A stretch of 64,000 bases of DNA from a virus (Duplodnaviria > Caudoviricetes): positions 32,001 to 96,000 of the IMG/VR virus record IMGVR_UViG_3300029288_004137. One strand, written 5' to 3'. The notes below the pieces were generated by a model, which made no database searches, had not been told where the DNA came from, and worked only from the letters and a program-made list of their open reading frames with translations. The translations under genes and the position numbers were made by a program. Of this stretch, positions 50,115 through 62,377 are shown piece by piece; position 1 is the first letter of the stretch; the number at the start of each line of letters is the position of its first letter.

Positions 50115-51568
50115 TAAAAACAATTATAAATTAGAATATTATGAAAATCTTGGATTTGTTATAAATATAACAGATCAATATAAAGATGTTCCTACAAAAG
50201 AAATAAAAAAAATATGTGAAAATAGATTTTTTAATATGAAGCATCCAGATTATGGATCAATCTACCATTGCAGAGAATGTTATTTAGGAAATGGATTCTT
50301 ACTTGCCTATAGTTTTTTACTTGATAAAATAATATGTTTATGTGTTTTGATAAAACTGATGAAAGACTAGATATAAATGAATAACAATAAATTAGAATAT
50401 CATGAAAATCTTGGATTTTTCATAGATATAACAGATCAGTATAAAAATCTTCCAACAGAAAAAATAAAACAAATATGTGAAAATATGTATTGTACTGAAA
50501 ATACTCTCTATAAAAAATTTTCTGCCCCATATAAAAACAATATGCTTAACTATTTTTTTATATGTCAGCAAAATCAATGTTCTTTGGGAGATAAACATAA
50601 CAGACTTATTTATAGTTTTGATTTTAACAAAATCGTATGTATGCATTTACATTTAAAAACTTCTAAAATTACTTATATAAAATGAATAACAATAAATTAG
50701 AATATCACAAAAAATTTGGATTTTTTATAGATATAACAAATCAGTATAAAAATCTTCCAATAAAAAAAATAAAAAAAATATGTGAAAAAGAGTATTTTTC
50801 TGATTATAAACCCTGTATAACAGATTTTTCTGATTCACACGATATATTTAACTATTTTTTTGTTTGTATATGTCAAGAACAATGTTCCTTGGGAGATAAA
50901 TATAACAGACTTATTTATAGTTTTAATTTTAACAAAATCATATGTATACGTTTTGATAAAACTGACAAAGAATCAGATATAAATGAATAACAATAAATTA
51001 GAATATTATGAAAATCTTGGATTTGTTATAGATATAACAGATCAATATAAAGATCTTTCATTAAAAAAAATAAAAAGAATATGTGATAATCAGTATTATA
51101 CTAACTCAATCAGTTTATCAGGTTTTTTCTTTAAATGTTGTGATACATATTGTTCTTTGGATAATGGACATAATAAACTTGTTTATAGTTTTGATTTTGG
51201 CAAAATCATATGTGTAAATTTATTTGTTTTGCATTCAGAAATTTTTGGATTTGATAAATATGAAAAAAATTAACAATAAATTAGAATATTATAATCATCT
51301 AGGTTTTTTTATAGATATAACAGATCAATATAAAAATCTTCCAATAGAAGAATTAAACAAAATATGTAAAAAACAATATTTACACGATATTATGATACGT
51401 ACATATGATTCTAAATATACTTTTTCTTTTTGCCATTGCATAGCATGTTGTTTAGTTTCTAAGAAATATAAACTTGGTTATAGTTTTACTCTTAAAGATT
51501 TTATATGCCTTACATTAGAAGAATCTTTAAATACAAATATTAAAAAAGGAAACAAGAATGAATTTTAA
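50107..51568 (+). repeat. Tandem array of 5 KLEY..NLGF.IDITDQYK-family CDS (50107, 50377, 50682, 50983, 51260)
   Basis: Conserved N-terminal motif plus Cys residues. Confidence 0.88.
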
Positions 51569-53090
51569 TTTTAAACTTAAAAAAGGAGAATTGTATTTCG
51601 ATCATAATGTTATGGAATTCTGTATCATTCTTGATGTTTGTACTAAAAATGAACATTCAACTTCTTATTTATATTGCAAACATTGTGGTTATAATTTGTA
51701 CCCATGTAAAAATGAATTTTTTTATTTAGTATATTATTTTAGAAAAAAAATTCATTTTATTCACACTATACATGTCTTTCTAAGGAATATATTATAAATA
51801 ATGAACTTTTTCAAAATAAGGGTAAAAATCAATGAAAACAATAAAATTTAAAAAAGGTTCTTTACATTTTGATAAATTTTTTAAACATTTTTTTCTAATA
51901 ATAGATATTTGTACTCCTGATCATCCATTAACAAATAAATATCAATATTGTAAAAATTGTGATACTACTTATTTTCCTTCTTTTAAAGGGAAAAAATATT
52001 TAAGATATACTTTTATTAGAAAAAATTATGGTTGTGTTTGTGGTGGCGACAATGAATCTTAAAAAAGGAAATCTATATAAAGATGATTTAGGTTTTTTTA
52101 TAATAGTAGATGTTTGTACTAAAAATAAACGATTAAATTATAAACACTGTAAACATTGTGGTAATAATGGTATATATCCTAAACCAGCTTTTTTTAAAGA
52201 AAATGAAACAGTTTATTTAATTTATTCATTTTATAAAGATATATCATATTTTTGGTGTGATTCAGAACAAAATTTATTAACATTGGATCTTATAACAAAT
52301 GAAAACAATGAATCTTAAAAAAGGAGAATTGTATTTAGATGATTTAGGTTTTTTTATAATGGTAGATATTTGTACTAAAAATAAACCATTATATGAATTA
52401 TATAAACATTTACACTGTAAATATTGTTATCGAAGAAAAGATGATTCTTTTTATAAAGATATAACAATGTATTTGATATATTCTTTTAAAAAAAATATGT
52501 TAAATTCTCATTATTCTTGTATCACAAAAGGAGCAACAATTAATGTCAAAAACAATAGAAACAATAAATCTTAAAAAAGGAAATCTATATAAAGACGGTT
52601 TAGGTTTTTTTATAATAGTAGATATTTGTACTAAAGACAAACCATTAGATGAATCATATAAATATTTACACTGTAAAACCTGTTATCGAAAAAATAATTC
52701 TTTTTATGAAAATGTAACAATGTATTTGATATATTCTTTTAAGGAAAATATGTTAAATACTCATTATTCTTGTTCCTCAGAAGAATCAATAATAATGTCA
52801 TCTCTCTTTTATAAGAGAGTCTCTTTTATAAGAAAAAAATGAAAAATGAATTAGAATTAGGATTAAAATATAATCTAGCAGATGGATTTTATTTAATATT
52901 AAATAATTGTAGTTTTAATTTAAAAGAGAGACAATACAATATGAACAAATACAAATTTTGCAAGCATAAATGTAGATTTAACAAACTTTATAAAGAATAT
53001 CCTACTTGTTTTGAAGGTGGTGAATTTAATTTAATTTATGTTTTCAATGATAAACAATTATATTGTGTAAAAAGAGATATTTATTTTTAA
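51558..53090 (+). repeat. Tandem array of LKKG.LY.D...IVDIC-family CDS (51558, 51832, 52052, 52299, 52543, divergent 52839; also 49325)
   Basis: Conserved motif plus HCKxC. Confidence 0.85.
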
Positions 53091-53854
53091 TTATAAATTC
53101 TTGAAAACAGATTCTTTGAAGATTTTAATAATTTTTTATTTGATATTTTTAAATGTAATAACTTTAAAATACTTTCATAATTCAAAGTTAATTTGATATA
53201 ATCACCAACATTTTTTGTTGTTCTATACGAACGATTTAAATGATCTGAAGATGATAAACCTTTCTTTGTTGTTTTTAAAGCACAATCATCTTCTTCTGGA
53301 ATAGTTCTTGAACCAAATGGATCATCAAAAAAACCATCAAAATTATGAGGTTTCTTATCATTTATATCATCAATCTTAGGTGGAAAAGATTCCCAAGAAG
53401 AATCTTTATTTATTGATAACCAAACATTTTCAGCTTCTTCTGTAGTGCTTTCTCTATCAGCACATATTCCTGCTTCTTTATTACCATCGTTTTGACATAT
53501 CCATGCTGATGCTAATCCATAAAGAAGTTTTCCAATTCCTTGCCCTTTATATTGATCTCTCAAGAAAGACATATGAATTTGATAAGCACCATAACAAAGT
53601 CCGCCTGTATTTAATTTCTTGCTTTCTTGACATTTTTGCATAGAAATAGCACCAATAATCGCCTTAACCAATATTTCTTCATTTAAATCTTTTGAATAGT
53701 TTTTTAATATTTTATTATCAAAAAGAATAAGACGAATCATATGAAAATTATTACTCATTTCTTGTGCTACTGCCAAAGAAATATTAAGAAAATTTTCAGT
53801 ATCAATTGTACTTTCTTTTAAAAATTCTTTCCAATTATTAACAAATGTATTCAT
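53087..53854 (-). CDS. GNAT-like family paralog 1
   Basis: YKGQGIGKLLYGLA, GICADR, AENVW. Confidence 0.65.
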   Translation of the reverse strand: MNTFVNNWKEFLKESTIDTENFLNISLAVAQEMSNNFHMIRLILFDNKILKNYSKDLNEEILVKAIIGAISMQKCQESKKLNTGGLCYGAYQIHMSFLRDQYKGQGIGKLLYGLASAWICQNDGNKEAGICADRESTTEEAENVWLSINKDSSWESFPPKIDDINDKKPHNFDGFFDDPFGSRTIPEEDDCALKTTKKGLSSSDHLNRSYRTTKNVGDYIKLTLNYESILKLLHLKISNKKLLKSSKNLFSRIYN

Positions 53855-53857
53855 GAT

Positions 53858-54775
53858 CTATTGATTATTTCTTCCATAAAGTCTAGTGAAAAAAGAATTA
53901 AAGATTCTTTCAAAGAATTTTGATATAAATGGTAAATCATTTGTCATCATAAAAAATTTACCTACATGATTATGATTTTCTATAACTTTATCAAAATTCT
54001 TTGTATATTCATTATAATTTTTTACAAACTCATATGTATTAAAAGAACGGTTTAAATGATCACTATTATCTAAAGATAATTTTGTTTTCTTTAAACGGCA
54101 ATTATCTTCTTTTGGAGTTGTTCTTTCGTTTTTTATATTATCAAAAGTACCATCAAAATAATCTTTCTTTTTGTTATTTGGTTGTTCTTCTTTATCTGTT
54201 TTTTCTTGATTTGGTTCTTCATCTGGTATTTGATTTTCCCAAGAAGGATTATTATTTATCGATAACCAAACTCTTTCTGCTGCTGGTGATGTCGTTGCTC
54301 TATCAGCGCATATTCCAACATTAGGATTATTATCATTCATATAAGCATGTGATGCTGCTAAACCATATAATAGTTTTCCATACCCTTTGCCTTGATATTC
54401 TTCACTTACTGCTGACATTTTAACTTCATAAGAACCAAAACATTCTCCATTCCCATTCTCTTCTGTTTTAATTATAGAAATTACACCAACAATACAATCA
54501 CGAAATCCAGATTTAAATGAATTAATAAAATTATTTTCCTTCCCATCATCATAAAATAATTGTTTTATTTCTAAATTTGAATTGTTTAATTCTTTCTTAT
54601 AGTGAGAACTTAAATAAGTTAAAGTTTCACTTAGTTTTGTTAAGTCTAAAAGAAATATATTATCTCCATCTCCATTAAATCCTTCAATAACAAACACACC
54701 AAAAAACAATGAATTAACGTTTTTTTCTTCTTTTAATAATGTTTTTCTTTTAAAATTTATCCATTTTTTATTCAT
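53858..54775 (-). CDS. GNAT-like family paralog 2
   Basis: YQGKGYGKLLYGLA. Confidence 0.65.
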   Translation of the reverse strand: MNKKWINFKRKTLLKEEKNVNSLFFGVFVIEGFNGDGDNIFLLDLTKLSETLTYLSSHYKKELNNSNLEIKQLFYDDGKENNFINSFKSGFRDCIVGVISIIKTEENGNGECFGSYEVKMSAVSEEYQGKGYGKLLYGLAASHAYMNDNNPNVGICADRATTSPAAERVWLSINNNPSWENQIPDEEPNQEKTDKEEQPNNKKKDYFDGTFDNIKNERTTPKEDNCRLKKTKLSLDNSDHLNRSFNTYEFVKNYNEYTKNFDKVIENHNHVGKFFMMTNDLPFISKFFERIFNSFFTRLYGRNNQ

Positions 54776-55824
54776 GATGTGTGATGAATACCTCGAAAAA
54801 ATGTTTGAAGTTTATTAGTAATTAAATCTTGATCTCCTCCGAAAATAACATCAATAAAAGGTTTAATTCTTTTTAAATTAATTATAACCTCTCTGAATTC
54901 ATCTGTTTTATTAGATGAAGCAACAATATTTAAATGTTTATCATCATCAAAATATTTACTTTCCTTTCTTTTGCAATCATCATCATATGGATCTGTTTTA
55001 GGATCATAAACATCATCAAATTCTCCGATATAAGGTTCTATTTCAGAAATTTGATTAGACCAATTCCCATCTTCTTTTTCTGTTTCATTTTTAATACTTT
55101 TCCACACTCTTTCTGCTGCTGCTGACACACTACGCCTATCACAAGTAATACCTTGATTTGAAGATATTGAAGCCATTGCATAAAGAAATTTTCCATATCC
55201 TTTACCTTGATATTTTTCATCTATCGCTGAATATGCTACTTCACTTGCATCATAACAATCACCATCACTTCTAGGTTCAATATAATTTATAAATCCTATT
55301 AAAAAATTTTCAATTTCTGTTATATGGTATAATTCATAATTTAAATCTCTAATTTGTTTTTTATTAACAAACCATTCTTTTTCTTCATCATCTTCTTCTT
55401 CATCATCTTCATCATCTTCATCGTATTCTTCATCTTCCATTTCAGTGCCATTTACGTATAAATTATAGAAGTCTCCTTCATTTCCATTTAATATAGCATC
55501 CATCCATTCCATTACTTCTTCATTTGTCACTTCATCTATCATTTCTTCTATATGCTTTTCAGAATCAGAATGATGAAATGAAAAAGAAAATTGATTTTTT
55601 GGATCATATAATGCTATTTTTTTATTTCTGTTTCTTGCTGCAATATATTTTTTATATGTTTGAATAATCTTTTCTTCAAATGTCTTTATATTTATCAATA
55701 ATACAAAAACACCATCTGAATAATGATTAAATATATATAATCCTAAATCTTTTTTTGATATTGATTCTGAAGATCTTTCTTCATTTAATTTAAATTTATT
55801 CCATTGTTCATTCTTAATCATCAT
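54772..55824 (-). CDS. GNAT-like family paralog 3 (acidic insert)
   Basis: YQGKGYGKFLY. Confidence 0.65.
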   Translation of the reverse strand: MMIKNEQWNKFKLNEERSSESISKKDLGLYIFNHYSDGVFVLLINIKTFEEKIIQTYKKYIAARNRNKKIALYDPKNQFSFSFHHSDSEKHIEEMIDEVTNEEVMEWMDAILNGNEGDFYNLYVNGTEMEDEEYDEDDEDDEEEDDEEKEWFVNKKQIRDLNYELYHITEIENFLIGFINYIEPRSDGDCYDASEVAYSAIDEKYQGKGYGKFLYAMASISSNQGITCDRRSVSAAAERVWKSIKNETEKEDGNWSNQISEIEPYIGEFDDVYDPKTDPYDDDCKRKESKYFDDDKHLNIVASSNKTDEFREVIINLKRIKPFIDVIFGGDQDLITNKLQTFFRGIHHTS

Positions 55825-56554
55825 AATATATATCCCAAAAGAAATTATCAATCATAGTTATTAATCCTTTTTTTATTGAATCTTTTATTCCAAGTTTAAC
55901 ATAATTGCTTCTTAATTCATTAAATTCATTAACAAATTTATCTGAGGAGTATACTTGATTCAAATGTTCTGGGTTTAATTTATCTGAATAAAGTCTACTA
56001 TATTTTTTTATTTTACAATCATCTTTTTCGGGTCTAGTTTTAGGAGCATTTATATCATCAAACTTTCCGATATAAAACCCTTTTTTGGGTATTACAGGTT
56101 CCCAATCTTCGTTATGATCAATACTATCCCATACTCTTTCAGCTTTTTCCGATGTAGTAGATCTATCCGCCGTAATTCCTGTAGCACATTTACTTATACT
56201 TATATATGCTGCTAACAATCCATATATTAATTTTCCATATCCTTTACCTTGATATTTTTCATCTACCGCTGAATTTGATACTTCCATACTATCAAAACAT
56301 CTTCCATCTTCATAAGCAGTAGTTTTAGAAGCAATAATCATTCCAATTATAAAATCCACATGTTTTTCTTCATCAAAATCATTATCAGTAAAATTTTGTG
56401 CTGCTTTTATAAATTTTTTTAATTTTATAGTATTTAATAAAGATATTGTTACTTCTCCATCATTATCTTTATAAAAATATAAACACAAATTGTTTAAATT
56501 ACCAAAAGATTCATTTATAACAAATTTATTCCAACATTTTAAAAACCTTGTCAT
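55814..56554 (-). CDS. GNAT-like family paralog 4
   Basis: YQGKGYGKLIYG. Confidence 0.65.
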   Translation of the reverse strand: MTRFLKCWNKFVINESFGNLNNLCLYFYKDNDGEVTISLLNTIKLKKFIKAAQNFTDNDFDEEKHVDFIIGMIIASKTTAYEDGRCFDSMEVSNSAVDEKYQGKGYGKLIYGLLAAYISISKCATGITADRSTTSEKAERVWDSIDHNEDWEPVIPKKGFYIGKFDDINAPKTRPEKDDCKIKKYSRLYSDKLNPEHLNQVYSSDKFVNEFNELRSNYVKLGIKDSIKKGLITMIDNFFWDIYYDD

Positions 56555-56557
56555 TTT

Positions 56558-57535
56558 TTATCTCTCAATTTGTGTTGGTTCTTCCATTTTTTTTACAACA
56601 CCACGATGTAATTTTGAATCATCTTTTTCAAGACCTGAAGCAATCCTAAATAATTTTTTTGAATATCTTCTAAATTTATCATTATTAACTTCTTTTTCAG
56701 AATTCTCTAATGTATATTCATCAATCTTATCATATGCTTTTTTTAATGTTTGTCGTATCACATCTTGCAATCTGTTTCTCATATCTTCATTTTTTTCATC
56801 CATTAAATCTTTTAAAAGTTCTTTTATTTGTATAATTTCTCTTTTTAATTTTCTATTAACAAGATCTTTTGGATAATCAATAAAATCTTCTTCTTCTTGT
56901 TGTTCTTTGGAAGAAAGTTCTCCTTCTCCCTCTTTACCTGAAGAATAAAAATCTGATTTTTCAGACATAGTTAATTTTGCTTTAATAGCATTAAGCATAT
57001 CTTTAAACCAATTTCCTTCTTTCTTTCCAAAAGCATATGCTTCTGTAGCTTCCCATAGTTTTTTTGACCATTCTTCAATTACTGAATGAAAATTGCTAGA
57101 ATTATTCATTCTTTCTTTTATTGAAGAAAGATTTTCCTCAAAATAATCTTGAAACATCTCAATAAAATCAATTTTTAAAGAATTATAATTTGATTCTAAT
57201 TTCTTCTTTTCTAAATTATCTTTTGACTTAACAAAAGAATCTCTATATTTTTTAAATTGATTTTTATATTTGTTTAACATTAAAACATAAATCTTATTTA
57301 AAACCTTTTGTTCCTTCTTGTTTAATTGTGGCAATAAAGCATTACTTGGCATTTCTTTTATTGAATTTGGATTTTTTTGAGAAATATTTTCTGCTTTTTT
57401 TATTCTGTCAGAATCTTTTTCTTTAATATCTTCCATTACCAATTTTGCTATTTTATTAATTTCAGATTTATTTATCAATATTTGTCTCCAAAAAAGAAAA
57501 AGATTTCCAAACAGTTTTCCATTTTTTGTTTTCAT
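56558..57535 (-). CDS. Charged coiled-coil hypothetical protein
   Basis: Long ORF in operon; start uncertain. Confidence 0.65.
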   Translation of the reverse strand: MKTKNGKLFGNLFLFWRQILINKSEINKIAKLVMEDIKEKDSDRIKKAENISQKNPNSIKEMPSNALLPQLNKKEQKVLNKIYVLMLNKYKNQFKKYRDSFVKSKDNLEKKKLESNYNSLKIDFIEMFQDYFEENLSSIKERMNNSSNFHSVIEEWSKKLWEATEAYAFGKKEGNWFKDMLNAIKAKLTMSEKSDFYSSGKEGEGELSSKEQQEEEDFIDYPKDLVNRKLKREIIQIKELLKDLMDEKNEDMRNRLQDVIRQTLKKAYDKIDEYTLENSEKEVNNDKFRRYSKKLFRIASGLEKDDSKLHRGVVKKMEEPTQIER

Positions 57536-58190
57536 TCATTGCTAATTTTAATTTTGGATATCTTTTGTTATTTTTTTTTGCATAATTAATCCAAATATTT
57601 GATATTTTTTTTATTTGTTTATCATTTAAATCCTCTGGGTTATATTCTTCTAAAAAATCTAACACAACTTCATCAAATGCTTGCTTTGTCTTTTTTGCAT
57701 AAACATAAAATCCTCTAACAAAAGCAGGCACTTCATATTGATCTACAAAATATCTATAATAATTAATTGTTCCATTTGGATTATAATAATCATGATTTGA
57801 TTTGTCTATATCTCTTGTTACACCATGTTCCATTTCATGTGCTGTTATTTCTTGTAGATTATGATAAAGTTTATTCAAAAATTTCATAATATTATCTGGA
57901 TTGTATTCTATACGATACTCAATTTCAATATCTACTACTACAAATTTATCTTCTTCATCTTCATTTCTATCTGTATTAGCTCTTATATCAAATGGTTTAT
58001 AATCACTATCTAAGTTAAAATTTTTAATATAATCAACTGATATAGATATTATATTTTCTGAGAAATGCTTTTCAAAAGAAAACATTTCTTGTTCTTTATC
58101 AGAATTATTAAATTCTTTTAAGTAAGATATAATTTCTCTACAGATTTCTCTTTCTATTTGTCTTTTTCCTTCATTTAATTGATATATCAT
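57468..58190 (-). CDS. HExxH zinc-metalloprotease-like protein
   Basis: AHEMEH plus downstream E. Confidence 0.55.
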   Translation of the reverse strand: MIYQLNEGKRQIEREICREIISYLKEFNNSDKEQEMFSFEKHFSENIISISVDYIKNFNLDSDYKPFDIRANTDRNEDEEDKFVVVDIEIEYRIEYNPDNIMKFLNKLYHNLQEITAHEMEHGVTRDIDKSNHDYYNPNGTINYYRYFVDQYEVPAFVRGFYVYAKKTKQAFDEVVLDFLEEYNPEDLNDKQIKKISNIWINYAKKNNKRYPKLKLAMNENKKWKTVWKSFSFLETNIDK

Positions 58191-61015
58191 TGTATCTTAT
58201 TTCCTTCTATAAATTCAATTTTATAAGACATTATTTTAACATTATCTTGTCCATCTTTTAAGGACGAAACTGCTTTAACATTTTTAATTGAATCATCAAA
58301 GAAATCAATTTCATTGAATTTTTCAAAAAGATTGTTTTTTATCCAATCTTTTTTAGCCAAAGGATTCGCATCTGCTAAATATTGAATATTATTCGTATTA
58401 AAATTGATATTTTGTTCTTTTAAATATTCTTCAATAACATTCAATTTAGATGTTGTACTTCTTGCTGTTAAAATAAAAACATTATCTTTTTGTTCTGCAA
58501 CTTTTTGTTTAAACAATTCAAATATATTTATTGAACCATCTTCATAATCTTTTACCACAAAACTATTAATTCTAGGGTTTCTATCTAAAACGCTTTCAAC
58601 AAAATCTTTAAAATCAAACTCATCGCCTATACTTGGAACATATTTTGCAAATTCAGCAGGTGTTAAACTTATTATTTTATTATCTTGTGTTTTTACATAA
58701 ATAACAACATCACTCTTCACCAAGGTATCATCAAAATCAAAAACATATGCTTTTGAAATGATAGGTTTTTCATTATTTTTCTTTAATACATCAAATAATT
58801 CGTTTATAAAAGCTTCTTGTTCTTTAACTAAATTTTTTTCAGACATTTCTTGAATACATTCTTTCCATACAGAATCAAGAATTTCCAAATAATGTTCTGA
58901 TATCTCTTTAACACCTAATTTATTCAATTTATAATTTTTAAGAAAATTAAATCCAGATAAATTTGTGATATCTTTATGTCCACCAGATGATTTTTGTATA
59001 AAATCCCAAGCAGTTATATAAATTCCATTCAAAAATCTAATTTCTTCTGTACTAAAATCTCCAGAAAATTTGTTCATTAACCGAATTGCTTCTTCTTTTT
59101 TGCTACTATAAGATTGTGGTGCTCTTATACGAGATATAGTTGCTCCATCTGGTGCTTTTTCATGAAAAGTATTAATTAAATCTTTATAAGTAAACCCTAT
59201 AATATTTTTATTATTTCCTTTTGTTCTTTTCTTTATTTCCTCTTCTTCATAAATTAATTTTATATCTCCAACACCAACTTTAATAGAACTTAATAATGGT
59301 TTAAACTTATTAAGAATCTTTTGTCCAATTTCTCCAAGATTATAAGGGTTTTTTTCTTTTTTAAATGGATTTTTTGTAATTTGTATAAGTCCCATTGGCC
59401 ATTTAACACACAACCAATGCGCTTGAGGATAAATATCAAAAGCAACATATCTATCATAAGATCCTACATCCCATGCAGTTGTCATTAATCCATCTTGCCA
59501 AACAACATTTCCAGTCATACCTATTTTTCCACTATCTTTTGCTCTGTCCTTAAAAAATTCATAATTTTTTTCTATGTCTTTTCCAGTAGCAAAATATTTT
59601 AAACCAGCGTGTTGTGTCACCCAATCTCTTATATGCAAATATATATTTTTTAATGATGGTGAAGATTTCATAACAATCTCTGACAAGAAATCTTTTTTAT
59701 TTTTATAAGATAAAATCCATTTATTTACAATAAGACCAAATTTTATTTTTTCCACATTAACATTCAAATTTTCTTTTGATAATTTATATACAGCTTTAGG
59801 AACATCTGATGGTGTTAAATTATATAATGAATATCTAGCTGCATCTACAATGTTAATTACTTCTATATCTTTTAAATCAAAAACATCACTAGTAGATATT
59901 AATCCAGAAATATCTGATACATTGCTATATGATGTTGAAAATTTCTTTGATAACATAGGATCATCAATACCTGTTTGATTTTGATGATGATCTGTATGAA
60001 TATTCATTGCAGGTTTGCCATGAGAAAAATCTACAAGAACATGTAAAAGACCAGGCGTTGCTTCAGAAATAGTATATTCTTGATCTCCATATTGAATTGT
60101 TTCTGCTTTTACAGTTTTTATTCCATATTGTTTAAGATATTCTTTTGCTGCTATAGCAGAAGTAACCCCATCTAAATCTATATGAAACCAAATTTCGGCT
60201 TCTGCATATTGCTTTGCCATTTGATTTATATTTCTAATACCACTTTCTTTTAAAACAGTTTCAAAAGATTCAAATGTTAATTCTTTTGTTAAATCTTTTT
60301 GTATTCTTTCAGCTTCGTGCTGGTTACTTACTGTATTTTTATTCTTTTCTGCAAATTTTTCTAATTGAGTCATTCCATCTTTTTCACCAAATTTTTTTAA
60401 AAATTGTTTTGCAGTTTTTATATAGAAATTTGATTGAGATCCTGGAAATATTTTTTTTAATAATTCTACTCCTTTACTAATTTGGGTATTATTATAATTT
60501 CCTTCTTCTTCAGGAACTTTTATTGTAAAATTTGTTGTTTCTTGTTGTTTTTCGTTATTCAATTCAGATTCGTTTTCAACTGGATCTGTTAATGATGATA
60601 GATTTCCTTCTTCATTCAATTTTTCTTTTTTTGCTTCTTTTTCCATATCAATCAGTCTATCATAATAATCATCAAACTCTTTAAGATGATCTTTTGTTAT
60701 CTCTGTTGCTATTTCAGGATCATCTGTATGCTCACGTTCTATCTTAATTCCCTTTTCAAGTTGATCTTGATCAAAATTTTCATCAGGTTCATTATCAGCT
60801 TTTCCACCTTCAATTTTATCTTCTTCTAACGCTCCACCAAATCCAGGAGGTGCTGATTTTGATCTTTCAAATGGAATATCACAATCAAATGGTTCTTTGG
60901 TATATCCTTCTCCTTGCCCTAACAAAAACCTTTTCTTTTTTGCATGATCTTCATATTTTTCATTTAAAAGATGATCTTTCCATAACTTTTTCCACACAAG
61001 AGTATTTCTCCACAT
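58187..61015 (-). CDS. Multidomain protein: DUF5661-like, DHH phosphoesterase and HAD-like phosphatase
   Basis: GIKIEREH..DHL..YY; HIDLDG, DHH, GGH; YVFDFDDTL, LTAR, FFDD. Confidence 0.75.
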   Translation of the reverse strand: MWRNTLVWKKLWKDHLLNEKYEDHAKKKRFLLGQGEGYTKEPFDCDIPFERSKSAPPGFGGALEEDKIEGGKADNEPDENFDQDQLEKGIKIEREHTDDPEIATEITKDHLKEFDDYYDRLIDMEKEAKKEKLNEEGNLSSLTDPVENESELNNEKQQETTNFTIKVPEEEGNYNNTQISKGVELLKKIFPGSQSNFYIKTAKQFLKKFGEKDGMTQLEKFAEKNKNTVSNQHEAERIQKDLTKELTFESFETVLKESGIRNINQMAKQYAEAEIWFHIDLDGVTSAIAAKEYLKQYGIKTVKAETIQYGDQEYTISEATPGLLHVLVDFSHGKPAMNIHTDHHQNQTGIDDPMLSKKFSTSYSNVSDISGLISTSDVFDLKDIEVINIVDAARYSLYNLTPSDVPKAVYKLSKENLNVNVEKIKFGLIVNKWILSYKNKKDFLSEIVMKSSPSLKNIYLHIRDWVTQHAGLKYFATGKDIEKNYEFFKDRAKDSGKIGMTGNVVWQDGLMTTAWDVGSYDRYVAFDIYPQAHWLCVKWPMGLIQITKNPFKKEKNPYNLGEIGQKILNKFKPLLSSIKVGVGDIKLIYEEEEIKKRTKGNNKNIIGFTYKDLINTFHEKAPDGATISRIRAPQSYSSKKEEAIRLMNKFSGDFSTEEIRFLNGIYITAWDFIQKSSGGHKDITNLSGFNFLKNYKLNKLGVKEISEHYLEILDSVWKECIQEMSEKNLVKEQEAFINELFDVLKKNNEKPIISKAYVFDFDDTLVKSDVVIYVKTQDNKIISLTPAEFAKYVPSIGDEFDFKDFVESVLDRNPRINSFVVKDYEDGSINIFELFKQKVAEQKDNVFILTARSTTSKLNVIEEYLKEQNINFNTNNIQYLADANPLAKKDWIKNNLFEKFNEIDFFDDSIKNVKAVSSLKDGQDNVKIMSYKIEFIEGNKIQ

Positions 61016-62377
61016 TAAAGAAAAATAAATCCATCATAATTAGTTTTTATTAAATTCAATTAATTGAATTTGTTATTTTGTCAATCCATATGAACATTTC
61101 ATCAAATTTATTAAAAATCTTTCTTATCTTTTTATCTTTACTTGTAAAAAAGGCTTCTATCCCTTTATCAGAAGGATTTAAAACTAAAAAAGAACCATTA
61201 TCATTTTCATATTCAGAAGGAAATGATGATGGATCAGAAACAATATTGTATCCCATACTATCCAATGAAGTAAAAGAAGAAAATCCTTCTGATATTACTA
61301 TTTCTTCTTCATCTAAAGTATGTGTCTCTCTTAATTGAGAAATTTTATCTTTTGATGGACTCCCTTGAATAGAACCACCAGACATAGAAGTTATTTCATT
61401 TATCCTTTTCATTGATATTCTCCTTTTTGTCATAAATAGAATTCGATTTTTCTTTATATTTTAATAAACTTAATTGCTTTGTTAAAACAAAGCAACTTAC
61501 ATTACCCAATGAAATCTGACACATTTCTTCATTAATATCTGAAAGAGTCCCTAATAAAACTGCTATTCGTGGTTCTTTTAAAGAACTCAAAGACAACGAA
61601 AGACCAAAATCAGTACCATAATATATCGTAGTTCCTGCTGGAACCCAAACCAAATCATAAATATGATTTTTTATGTTTTTTAACACGTTTTATATCACTC
61701 TCTATGATAATTATATTTTTTGAACTTGATAAATTTCCACATAAATACAACTTTCTATCATTAAAAAAATTTATTGAATTAACACCCATAATATACCCAA
61801 AATTTAATGGTTTTAAAATAACAAAATATTTATTGTATATATCTTTATCATAATGATAAAAAAAAGATTTTTTATAATAATTGCTCTTTTTCTTTGTTAT
61901 AATAAGATCATTTGCTTTAAATTTAAACTTATTTCTTTGATAAGATTCAAAAAAGTTTTTTGCACAATCATGAAAAGACGCAAAATTATCTATTATTACT
62001 GGGGTAAGATTATAATCTTTTTTTTCACACATTTTATAAATTGAATCATCAAAATATTTATATTTTCCATATGTCCTTAATTCTAAAATAGAATTAAAAG
62101 CAAAATCTAAATATGTTTCAATTTCTTTTGTTAAAGAAAAATCTTTTCTAAAAATGGTTTTTGCTTTAGATTCAATTAAAAATTTTTTAACATTCTTTGT
62201 AAAAACAATTTTATTATTTATATTAAAATAAGCAATCTTGATTTTAGTCCTATCAAAATAAGATTCTTTTAAAAGACTTTCATAAAGTTTTTTAAAATCT
62301 GTTTCACTTCTTACTTCTTTCTCTAAAAGATTTACTATTCTTTTAATTTTAAAACAATTAGAAGAAGATCCCATATT

